Positions 39,009-50,294 of a stretch of 64,000 nucleotides of DNA are shown here, one piece after another. Origin of the DNA: an uncultured Gammaproteobacteria bacterium (GTDB lineage: Bacteria; Patescibacteriota; Patescibacteriia; UBA1558; 2-01-FULL-52-15); contig CAYRBH010000002.1 in assembly GCA_964422585.1 (NCBI GenBank), positions 13,428 through 77,427 on the forward strand, given 5' to 3'. The first letter of the stretch is position 1; each line of letters opens with the position of its first letter. Both the position numbers and the translations under genes were made by a program. Below the pieces are notes generated by a model. That model did no database searches. It had not been told where the DNA came from and worked only from the letters and a program-made list of their open reading frames with translations.

Positions 39009-40015
39009 TGCAAATGAATAATCAACTATCTACTCTCCTTCAGCGCGGCATGGTCGATGGTTTTTCTTCTACCCCAACAGTTATAGAAACGGTCATCTCT
39101 CGTGTTTTCATTTTTGATACAGAAAACAGAGTACTTAAGTTTTATAAGAGGGACAATGAGTGGTGGAACACTGACATGAAAGATTTGTCAGGAGGGAATT
39201 CGAGAATAGATTTTATTCGTAATGACTTTGAGTTTAATCATTTTTTAAACCCCACTGTATACATTGATCTCAAGCAGGCGATCGCTGAGGATGGGAAAGT
39301 GAAGTTAGTAAATCCGAAGTCTGGCGATGATGAGTTAGTCATTATAATGCATAAGGAGGATATTCAGGGAACACTGACCGAGGTCTTGTATCAGAATACT
39401 TTGTCAGTAGCAGAGTATAGGTCTATGGGAGAGGCTTTCGCGAAAATTAAATTAGCGCTACCAGAGAAGTTTTTGCCTGCCACAGAAGCTAATTGGTATG
39501 AACTTATGTGTGAAAGAGTGAAAGACGTAAAGACATGGGCATTGAGTGAAAAAGATTTCCCCAAAGATCTAGCTGACAAGGCCTTGGCAATATTATCCAG
39601 AGAACTGGAAGAAAATAAAAATAACTTTAGGTTAATTACAAAAGATAGCCTTTTCGTGTCGATAGATTGCAACTCTGAAAATCTTATTTATACGAATCAT
39701 AAACTTCGGTTCCTAGATGCATACCCTCCAAAGGATGATTGGAGAATCAGCGCCTTTAATGTTGATATTTTCAGGGTTGGCTATGATATATACACTTTTG
39801 CTGGGAAAGAGTCGTATGATGCTTTTTTAGAAGGTGTGCGCACAGTTGCTGGCGATCGCTTGGATCGAAGTACGTCACATTTTTATCTTCTATATGCTGG
39901 ACTGATAGTAACGCCCTATTTTTACATGTTGGATAAAAGCAAGAAGGATCAAAAATATTTGGTTCGTGCTGAAAAAAGCATTTCACTTCTAAAAGAGTTA
40001 CTACAGAGAGCATAA
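39008..40015 (+). CDS. Hypothetical protein, translationally coupled to the phosphatase; weak kinase-like motifs
   Basis: Start ATG overlaps the upstream stop. IDCNSEN and FLDAYP segments faintly resemble APH-fold catalytic and DFG-like loops. Confidence 0.3.
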   Translation: MQMNNQLSTLLQRGMVDGFSSTPTVIETVISRVFIFDTENRVLKFYKRDNEWWNTDMKDLSGGNSRIDFIRNDFEFNHFLNPTVYIDLKQAIAEDGKVKLVNPKSGDDELVIIMHKEDIQGTLTEVLYQNTLSVAEYRSMGEAFAKIKLALPEKFLPATEANWYELMCERVKDVKTWALSEKDFPKDLADKALAILSRELEENKNNFRLITKDSLFVSIDCNSENLIYTNHKLRFLDAYPPKDDWRISAFNVDIFRVGYDIYTFAGKESYDAFLEGVRTVAGDRLDRSTSHFYLLYAGLIVTPYFYMLDKSKKDQKYLVRAEKSISLLKELLQRA

Positions 40016-40158
40016 GGGTTGATTTATTTTCAAAGCTTGCTATAGTGGTAACGCTTTGAAATCGAGCGGGAGTAGTTTCGCCCACCGGGCGATCACCCCG
40101 TGGGTGACATCGGTTGAGAAGCATGTTTGAGTAGTGAGAGTCAGTAGTTAGTTTTCGA

Positions 40159-40233
40159 GCGGGAGTAGTTCATCGGTAGAACGCTTCCTTGCCAAGGAAG
40201 AGGCGGCGGGTTCAATTCCCGTCTCCCGCTCCA
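40159..40233 (+). tRNA. tRNA-Gly (anticodon GCC), CCA encoded
   Basis: Manual cloverleaf: acceptor GCGGGAG/CTCCCGC, anticodon loop UUGCCAA, T-loop TTCAATT. Confidence 0.85.
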
Positions 40234-40315
40234 TCGAGTGAGAACTCGTCCAAGACACAACCCTGTACTAGGGTTGTTGTCGTTTATGAAAAGTATTGCT
40301 ACAGTAGTATCGCTT

Positions 40316-40399
40316 GCCCGGGTGGTGGAATGGTATACACGAAGGACTTAAAATCCTTTGGCGCAAGCCTTGCGGGTTCGAGTCCCGCCCCGGGTACCA
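40316..40399 (+). tRNA. tRNA-Leu (anticodon TAA), long variable arm, CCA encoded
   Basis: Acceptor GCCCGGG/CCCGGGT, anticodon loop CUUAAAA, variable arm ~14 nt, T-loop TTCGAGT. Confidence 0.85.
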
Positions 40400-40518
40400 T
40401 TCGACTTACTACGCTTCGCGTAGTTCGCTCATGGTTTCGGCCCAGTAGGGTCTCAACCAACCGCTAAAAAATGTGCTAGACTAGTACTAGGTTTTTCTAA
40501 AAACTAACTATATACTCT

Positions 40519-40938
40519 ATGGTCCCTGTTAATTATCTTGCAGTCATTGTCGCTGCGGTCGCCAGTATGGTTATTGGTTCTCTGTGGTATGGTCCGCTCT
40601 TTGGAAAGCAATGGATGGCATTGATGGGGGTTACGAAAGAAAGCATGGCCGGAGCAAAGGTGAATATGGGCAAGCTCTATGCCATACAAGCAGTTGCCTC
40701 GTTGATCATGGCTTTTGTCTTGTCCCATGCATTGATTTTCGCAGCAACCTACTTACATGAGAGTGGTGTTTCTGCTGGATTGCAAACTGGTTTCTGGAAT
40801 TGGATCGGCTTCGTGGCTCCGGTGACACTCGGTTCAGTACTCTGGGAACAGAAATCATGGAAGTTGTGGCTTTTGAATAATGCGCATTATTTGGTGAGTT
40901 TGTGTATCATGGGAGTGATACTTGCCCTCTGGCAATAA
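40519..40938 (+). CDS. Hypothetical membrane protein (DUF1761-like)
   Basis: 139 aa, 4 TM segments. Confidence 0.4.
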   Translation: MVPVNYLAVIVAAVASMVIGSLWYGPLFGKQWMALMGVTKESMAGAKVNMGKLYAIQAVASLIMAFVLSHALIFAATYLHESGVSAGLQTGFWNWIGFVAPVTLGSVLWEQKSWKLWLLNNAHYLVSLCIMGVILALWQ

Positions 40939-40944
40939 CTCTTC

Positions 40945-41511
40945 ATGAAAAAAAGAGCTTTCATTATTCATGGTTGGGGAGGTTATCCTGAGGAAGCCTG
41001 GTTTCCTTGGTTGAAACAAGAACTAGAGTCGCGTGGTTTTGAAGTGCAGGTTCCGGCTATGCCGGATTCAGATACTCCGGTGATCGAAACATGGGTTTCG
41101 TTTTTGAGTAAACTCATTGGTGATCTTGACGAAAAAACGTATCTCATCGGACATAGTATTGGTTGTCAGGCAATACTCAGATACCTTGAGCGTCTGCCTG
41201 AGAACGTGAGAGTTGCAAAAGCGGTTTTTGTCGCAGGTTGGTTTACTTTGCAGGGTTTAGAAACAAAAGACGAAGAAAGAATTGCTGAACCCTGGCTTGA
41301 GCAACCGATTAACCTAGAAAAAGTTCGTGCGCATATTCAGGAAAACACTGCCATTTTTTCTGATGACGACCCCTTCGTTCCATTGATAGATAAGGATATT
41401 TTTTCGGAGAAACTTCAATCGAAGATTGTCATCGAACATGCAAAGGGCCATCTCAGCACTGAACATGGCATTACGGTATTGCCTAGTGTGTTGCAGGCAG
41501 TCATTGAATAA
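40945..41511 (+). CDS. Alpha/beta hydrolase of the RBBP9/YdeN serine-hydrolase family
   Basis: FIIHGWGG N-terminal motif, nucleophile elbow GHSIG and a C-terminal His. Confidence 0.6.
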   Translation: MKKRAFIIHGWGGYPEEAWFPWLKQELESRGFEVQVPAMPDSDTPVIETWVSFLSKLIGDLDEKTYLIGHSIGCQAILRYLERLPENVRVAKAVFVAGWFTLQGLETKDEERIAEPWLEQPINLEKVRAHIQENTAIFSDDDPFVPLIDKDIFSEKLQSKIVIEHAKGHLSTEHGITVLPSVLQAVIE

Positions 41512-41562
41512 AAAAACCCCGCCGACCAAGTCGCTGCTTGATGGGCGGGGTTACTGCTTTTT
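41512..41562. terminator. Bidirectional rho-independent terminator at the low-GC / high-GC boundary
   Basis: A7 run, then stem CCCCGCC...GGCGGGG, then a T6 run. It works for the + hydrolase and for the - strand purA. Confidence 0.55.
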
Positions 41563-41568
41563 TCGAAA

Positions 41569-44600
<3,032 letters not shown>

Positions 44601-44750
44601 TGTGTATTCCTCCTCAAGTCGTGAGATGTACGGTGGGGGTAAGTAGTTTCGTTCTGTCAAAGGACATGAAATCCCACTTAGGCTTTCTGTGGGATGCAGA
44701 GCTACCTTACGAAAAAATAGTGATAGGCGCAAGATCATTTTTTGTTCCAC

Positions 44751-44779
44751 TTGACAGGTTTTCAATAACCTGATATAGT
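44751..44779 (+). promoter_or_regulatory. Consensus sigma70-type promoter (TTGACA-17-TATAGT) reading into a non-coding GC-rich segment
   Basis: TTGACA at 44751..44756 and TATAGT at 44774..44779. The surrounding region is AT-rich. Confidence 0.4.
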
Positions 44780-45693
44780 ACTTGATTGTTACATATTTTG
44801 ATCTTTTTATCTTTGAAATAGTGGCCAAGAAAAGGCTAATTTTGTATCAAGTAGGCAGCCATGCTGTCTAATGAAAGCTGCTATCCAGACTCGTAATGAC
44901 GAGCATCTTGAGGATAGCAAGCTCAGCCGATACTTACTTGTTAACGGAAAGTATAAGGAATAGAGCAAGTTAGTCTTTTCTTGGCCATCGATAGACGTAT
45001 GGGACGTTTCGGCATGGTCAAGGAAGAGAGGTGCTGCTTGAGGCTCGGTCCGGGAGATTTTTTCCACACCATCATGAAAGACCAGTTGCGTAGCGACTCC
45101 GTGACCACGACCAAGGCCGTCGGCGCCGGCTCGGGCCAGACTCAGCCGACCTCCGCGACTTCCTGAAGCGCATGTACGTCGACGTACGCGCGGTTACGGT
45201 CCGCGTTCAGTAGGTCGGCACACAGGCGCTCGACGCCACAACTGTCAGCCGACAGGTGGTCGGCAGAGGAGCATGCGAAGATGCAGCTAAACGTCAAGAA
45301 GGGGGGCGCGGTTCCCGCGTTCGACGCGCAGCGTCGCTGACATCATCACGGTCGAAAGACCAACAGTTGCCTCTGCTAAGAGGGGGTAGAGCTCGCACAT
45401 GCGGCAGACCAACCGGGTAGCACAAGGATTATATCCTTCCCTCCCAACAGGTCGTGCCCGCGCCAGCACAAGACCCCATGGTGAGCCGCACCCGATCGAC
45501 CCTACGTTTGTGAGGACTCCCAAACCTCACCTCATTCATCGCAGCGAGCGGCGGCCTCTGTAGCGCCACTCAACCCCACGCGATGGGCGCGTAATGCCGA
45601 CCCTACCAGGTCGCGCGAACGTCCGCCGGCCGGCGATAGTGAGACCGCATCAAGCGGTGGGTGCACAGGTCAACCTGTGCAGTTTCTGTCCCT

Positions 45694-45745
45694 GGGGGAC
45701 CTTCGGGCGTTCGCAAGAACGTTCGTTGGTCCCCCTTTTATTTTC
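45694..45745 (+). terminator. Strong rho-independent terminator closing the GC-rich non-coding segment
   Basis: Stem GGGGGACC...GGTCCCCC with a nested CGTTC-GCAA-GAACG hairpin, followed by TTTTATTTT. Confidence 0.5.
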
Positions 45746-45797
45746 CTAAGATTTCTGATTGCATTTTTTATCGCCTATGATAGTATCGTGCAAGATT

Positions 45798-45812
45798 CCG
45801 TAAAATTTACGG
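45798..45812. promoter_or_regulatory. Perfect 7-bp-arm palindrome downstream of a TTGCAT-16-TAGTAT promoter, upstream of the ParB-like gene
   Basis: CCGTAAA a TTTACGG. Promoter -35 at 45759..45764 and -10 at 45781..45786. Confidence 0.35.
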
Positions 45813-45878
45813 ATCGTTCATTTCTAACACTAATTGTTTCTTTTCTCAGCCAAGATGGCTGATCAAGGAGGAGACTGA

Positions 45879-46805
45879 ATGACCACTCCGGCCGCTGCGA
45901 AGAGCCTGAAGTCTGTCCGCAAGCCGACCGCTCCCTCGTCCGGGGTCGTTCTCGAGATCCCCTTGGGATTGATCCGTAATTTCGTCGGACAGCCCAGGAA
46001 ACATTTCAACCAGGCACGTTTGGCCGAGCTTGCTACGAGTATCAAGAAGCACCGTCAGATCACGCCGGGGATGGTCATCGAACTCCCTCCGGGCGAGGTG
46101 TACCGTTACGAACTGGTCGATGGTGAACGTCGTTTCATCGCTTGTAAGATGGCCGACACGAAGATCTTCCGCGCTGAAGTGGTAACGGTCACGGATTCGA
46201 GAGAACAGCTTCTCAGGTCGGCGATCGCGAACTACCATCGCGAGCCGCATACAGCCCTCGAGGATGCTGAGACCTGTCGTCGGCTTGCTGAGATCTATGA
46301 GATGTCATGGCCGGAGGTTGCGGCCACGCTCGGCAAGTCTCTCACATGGGTGACACAGTCTCGTATCCCGCTGCTCCAGCTGGATAAGCGGGTGCAGGCG
46401 ATGATCGAGCCCTCATCCTCGAAGTTGGGCGAGCTGCCCGTTCTGATGGCGGTCGAGCTGACCAAGGTGCCAGCGACTAAGCAGTATCAGATGGCGGTGA
46501 AGGCCGTGCATGACGAGATGCGTTTATCCGATATGCGCCACGCCGTTCGCCGTTTCCAGAACAAGACCGGCTACCGACATGGTACGAGGCGTATTCGTAC
46601 CCCCGGCGATGACTACAAGTCGATTACTACGTTCTATCGGAGATCTACTGCTGATGCGCAGCTGTGGCTCTCCATGACTCCTGTGGCGCTCGCGAAGATG
46701 TTCGAGAACCGTCCGGAGATGGACTATCGGCGGTTGCTCAAAGCATCGGCGAACGCGGCCATCATCTATGGCCGTCTGATGAAGAAGATCCAGGATTTGA
46801 AGTAG
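45879..46805 (+). CDS. ParB/Sulfiredoxin-domain (ParB N-terminal nuclease-like) protein
   Basis: GERRFIA motif of the ParB N-domain. 308 aa. No adjacent parA. Confidence 0.6.
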   Translation: MTTPAAAKSLKSVRKPTAPSSGVVLEIPLGLIRNFVGQPRKHFNQARLAELATSIKKHRQITPGMVIELPPGEVYRYELVDGERRFIACKMADTKIFRAEVVTVTDSREQLLRSAIANYHREPHTALEDAETCRRLAEIYEMSWPEVAATLGKSLTWVTQSRIPLLQLDKRVQAMIEPSSSKLGELPVLMAVELTKVPATKQYQMAVKAVHDEMRLSDMRHAVRRFQNKTGYRHGTRRIRTPGDDYKSITTFYRRSTADAQLWLSMTPVALAKMFENRPEMDYRRLLKASANAAIIYGRLMKKIQDLK

Positions 46806-46846
46806 TCAGTACGCACCCGTTCCTTCCTACACGCGGCACAAGGGAG

Positions 46847-48133
46847 ATGATTATGTCTCGTAAACAGATTGAGTTGAGCCCCGAAGAGTTGGCAGAGGCT
46901 GCTCAGTTTGCGCGCGAGGCAGAAGAGCTTCACGCGCAACTCGATACAGGTACTGATCCGGTGATCGAAGAACCGTCTCGGGCTTTGAGGCCGATCGCTG
47001 AACGTAAGCCTCGATCGGCCAAGGGTCAGCCGAGCTCGACTTCTAAACAGCAGGCAACACTGGCAAGGCTCAAGAAAAAGGATCCTTACTCGGTGGTCCC
47101 GTTCACGCAGTATCTGCACGAGATGAGCCGGCACAGTCTGATCGACTATGACAAGGAGCAGGAGACGTTCACGCGTCTCGGAGAGCATCGGGTCAAGTTG
47201 CAGCTCTTGGCTGGCGGTTTGTCCGAGCACTGTCGCGCGTTCTGCGAGAAGGAGTCTGAGTTCGAGATGGCGAATGAGGAGTGGCGTTTCACTGACATAG
47301 AGAGTTTCGTGGGACGCCTCAGGTTCTACCATGGGGAGCCTCGGGTCTCTGACGAGGTCTTTGCTGAGGCGCGGAGCCACCTCAATGCCATCAGGGCTGC
47401 TCGGGATGAGATGATCCACGCGAACTTGCGTCTGGTCATTCACATCGCGAAGAAGTACCTGACGCACGGCGTTCCGTTCATGGACCTGATCCAGGAGGGT
47501 AATGTCGGTCTCATGAAGGCCGTCGAAAAGTTCGAGTACAAGCGAGGCAACAAGTTCTCTACGTACTCGTACTGGTGGATCAAGCAGTCGATCGAGCGGG
47601 CCATCGCGGACAAGGGACGACTCATCCGTGTTCCAGTGCATAAGCAAGAGAAGATCAAGAAGATGCAGCGCGTGTTGCGCGAACTGCCGGATGGCTTGAG
47701 TCGCACGGAAAGAGCGGCCGAGGTCGCGAAACGGCTCCGGTGGGCCTTGGGTCAGGTCGAGTCGCTCATGCTGGTCGTCGAGGAGCCAATGAACCTCGAT
47801 GATTTCATCGACGATTCGCATGAGCAAAACTTCCACATGCTTGTTGCTGATCCGCAAGCTGTCGATGGCGAGGAACAGTATGAGCAGCAGCAGTTCCGAG
47901 AGCGCGTGCGTGCCTTGCTGCACCAGATCAAGGAACCGCGGGATCGGTACATACTCGACTTGCGCTTCGGGATTAGCAGTGGTACGCCGATGACCCTCGA
48001 GGATATCGGTCGGAAGTTATATCTCTCCCGCGAACGGATACGCCAGCTTGAAACATTAGCGATGAATCAGATCCGTGAGTATTTGGACACTGACACCGCT
48101 GAGCTGCGGACACTTCACGAGTTACTGCAATGA
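46847..48133 (+). CDS. RpoD-family (group 1/2-like) sigma-70 factor
   Basis: Region 2 DLIQEGNVGLMKAVEKFEYKRGNKFSTYSYWWIKQSI and region 4 HTH LEDIGRKLYLSRERIRQLE. Start set at the in-frame ATG with GGGAG RBS; the track ORF begins at 46664 and overlaps the ParB-like gene. Confidence 0.8.
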   Translation: MIMSRKQIELSPEELAEAAQFAREAEELHAQLDTGTDPVIEEPSRALRPIAERKPRSAKGQPSSTSKQQATLARLKKKDPYSVVPFTQYLHEMSRHSLIDYDKEQETFTRLGEHRVKLQLLAGGLSEHCRAFCEKESEFEMANEEWRFTDIESFVGRLRFYHGEPRVSDEVFAEARSHLNAIRAARDEMIHANLRLVIHIAKKYLTHGVPFMDLIQEGNVGLMKAVEKFEYKRGNKFSTYSYWWIKQSIERAIADKGRLIRVPVHKQEKIKKMQRVLRELPDGLSRTERAAEVAKRLRWALGQVESLMLVVEEPMNLDDFIDDSHEQNFHMLVADPQAVDGEEQYEQQQFRERVRALLHQIKEPRDRYILDLRFGISSGTPMTLEDIGRKLYLSRERIRQLETLAMNQIREYLDTDTAELRTLHELLQ

Positions 48134-48155
48134 GGGGCAGAGCATCAACTAACAA

Positions 48156-48203
48156 GGGGTCGGACAGACTAAAGCAACATCGCGTCCGGCCCCTTTTCAT
48201 TTT
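48156..48203 (+). terminator. Terminator-like hairpin plus T-run after the sigma factor gene
   Basis: GGGGTCGGAC...GTCCGGCCCC followed by TTTTCATTTTTT. Confidence 0.45.
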
Positions 48204-48275
48204 TTCATTCTATTTTTTATGAAAGACGAGTATAGTCTTGAAGAAAGGCTTGCTATAGTGTACAATCCTTTGAAC

Positions 48276-49010
48276 ATGAGTTCTCCCATCGAGATACATT
48301 TAGACAAGGTTACGAAAACGTATAAGAATGGCTTTCAGGCATTGAAAGGCATCTCTCTGGATATTTACAAAGGAGAGATTTTCGCTTTATTAGGGCCGAA
48401 TGGCGCTGGCAAGACTACCATCATTAATATTATTGCTGGTCTTACGCGGAAAACCTCAGGCGAAGTTCTGGTCCAAGGAAAAGATGTTGAGAAAGACTAT
48501 CGCTTCACGCGTTCGAAGATCGGCTTGGTGCAGCAAGAGGTGAATACCGATTTCTTTTTGAAAATTTTCGAAGTGATTAAGTATCAGGGCGGCTACTATG
48601 GCAAAACGGATCTTGACGCACGCGTCGAAGAGATCCTGAAGAAACTGCATTTCTGGGATAAAAAAGATCAGCCAGGAAGATTCTTATCTGGCGGTATGAA
48701 GCGACGGATCATGATAGCGAAAGCGTTGATCCACGATCCTGAGATCATTTTTCTGGATGAACCAACGGCTGGCGTTGATGTCGAGTTGCGCGCTGACTTG
48801 TGGGACACGATACGTGAGATGAAGTCACTCGGGAAAACGATCATTCTCACTACGCATTATCTCGAAGAAGCGGAAGACTTGGCTGATCGCATCGGCATTA
48901 TCAGCGGAGGAGAGCTGCAATTAGTCGAGGATAAGAAAACATTGATGCAGCGCTACGGCACGAAGCTGCAGGATATATACCTTGAGGTGATACAGAAAGG
49001 AGTGAAATAA
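48276..49010 (+). CDS. ABC transporter ATP-binding protein
   Basis: Walker A GPNGAGKTT, signature LSGGMKRR and Walker B IIFLDEPTAGVD. Start moved to ATG 48276 because a TTGAAG-17-TACAAT promoter lies inside the track ORF's first 57 nt. Confidence 0.8.
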   Translation: MSSPIEIHLDKVTKTYKNGFQALKGISLDIYKGEIFALLGPNGAGKTTIINIIAGLTRKTSGEVLVQGKDVEKDYRFTRSKIGLVQQEVNTDFFLKIFEVIKYQGGYYGKTDLDARVEEILKKLHFWDKKDQPGRFLSGGMKRRIMIAKALIHDPEIIFLDEPTAGVDVELRADLWDTIREMKSLGKTIILTTHYLEEAEDLADRIGIISGGELQLVEDKKTLMQRYGTKLQDIYLEVIQKGVK

Positions 49011-49011
49011 G

Positions 49012-49773
49012 ATGAATCTCATTGGCGTCAAGACACTCATGAAGAAAGAGCTGGTGCGCTTCATCCGCGTGCCGCTGCAAACGATCGCCACGCCGGTCAT
49101 TACGACGGTGCTGTATTTCGCGGTGTTCAGCACATCGATCGGTAGTCGTATTGGTTCAGTGCAGGGTCTAAGATATGGAGAATTCATCATGCCGGGACTG
49201 CTCATGATGAACTTGGTTATGACGGCATTCGAGGGCATTGCGTCAGGCATTATGCTCACGAAATTCATGAATACGATGACGGATATTTTGGTAAGTCCAA
49301 TGTCCTATGGCGAAATTATCTTAGGCTTCGTGGCTTCATCGACCATTCGTACCATGATCACCGGAACAATCCTCTACGGCACGGCATTATTTTTCATACC
49401 ATTCCGCGTTGATCATCCGTTCTTTCTCATCGGATTTTGTATCTTAGTCTGTCTGATCTTTTCTTTGATAGGACTGGTGATCGGCATCTGGGCGGATGAT
49501 TTTGAAAAGCTCAGCATCATCCCCACCTTCCTCCTAACGCCATTGAGCTTTTTGGGTGGCGTTTTTTATTCGACGACAATGCTGCCGAAGCTCGCGCAGA
49601 TGATAGCGGTGTATAATCCGCTGCTCTATATGATCAACGGCATGCGCTATGGTTTCTATAGCATCTCTGATGTTGCTCCTGTGTTCGCGGTGAGTGTGCT
49701 GGTCATCATGACAGTTGCCATGATCTGGTTCACTCTGTATCTTTTTAAAATCGGTTATAAGCTGAGGAGCTGA
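49012..49773 (+). CDS. ABC-2 type transporter permease
   Basis: 253 aa, 6 TM segments. Start abuts the ATPase stop. Confidence 0.6.
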   Translation: MNLIGVKTLMKKELVRFIRVPLQTIATPVITTVLYFAVFSTSIGSRIGSVQGLRYGEFIMPGLLMMNLVMTAFEGIASGIMLTKFMNTMTDILVSPMSYGEIILGFVASSTIRTMITGTILYGTALFFIPFRVDHPFFLIGFCILVCLIFSLIGLVIGIWADDFEKLSIIPTFLLTPLSFLGGVFYSTTMLPKLAQMIAVYNPLLYMINGMRYGFYSISDVAPVFAVSVLVIMTVAMIWFTLYLFKIGYKLRS

Positions 49774-49844
49774 TACTCGAGACGCCTTGCGTTATAAGGC
49801 TATTTTCAGTAAGGTTGGGCTGTCAGTTGCCTAATAGTAGGAGG

Positions 49845-49876
49845 GCGGGAATACTCCCGCTTTTCTGATTTTTTGG
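49845..49876 (+). terminator. Rho-independent terminator after the ABC operon
   Basis: GCGGGA atac TCCCGC stem followed by TTTTCTGATTTTTT. Confidence 0.5.
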
Positions 49877-49919
49877 CGAAGTTCATTAACACGTGTAACT
49901 ACGTAGAGAAGGGTTACCC

Positions 49920-50267
49920 ATGAAGCGCAACCTGACTGATGTGATGCATCCGAAACTCGTCCGAGATAAGATCCCCGATAGGATACGTAGAGATCAGCGT
50001 ATCCCGGTGACGCGGGAGGCCTTGCCGGAGGAGCGTCTGGGTTTTGTGGTGGCAAAGCTCTGTGAGGAAGCGCGCGAGCTCCATGACAATCCCGATGCTA
50101 AGGAATACGCTGATGTTCTCGACGTCGTGCGGCTGCTCCGGATCGAATTCGAAAAAAAATTCGACAAGAAGTTTCTCGGCGCCGAACGTCGACGCAAGAA
50201 GAAGGAAAACGGTGGCTTTCGTAAGTTCATCATCTTGGTGGACATTCAAGAGTCTTCATCAGTCTGA
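49920..50267 (+). CDS. MazG-like / HisE-like nucleoside triphosphate pyrophosphohydrolase
   Basis: EExxE...E/D-x-x-D metal-binding helices (KLCEEARELHD...EYADVLDVV) and C-terminal KKKENGGF. 115 aa. Confidence 0.5.
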   Translation: MKRNLTDVMHPKLVRDKIPDRIRRDQRIPVTREALPEERLGFVVAKLCEEARELHDNPDAKEYADVLDVVRLLRIEFEKKFDKKFLGAERRRKKKENGGFRKFIILVDIQESSSV

Positions 50268-50294
50268 CAGCAGTGCTGTCAGCGGGAGGATCGC

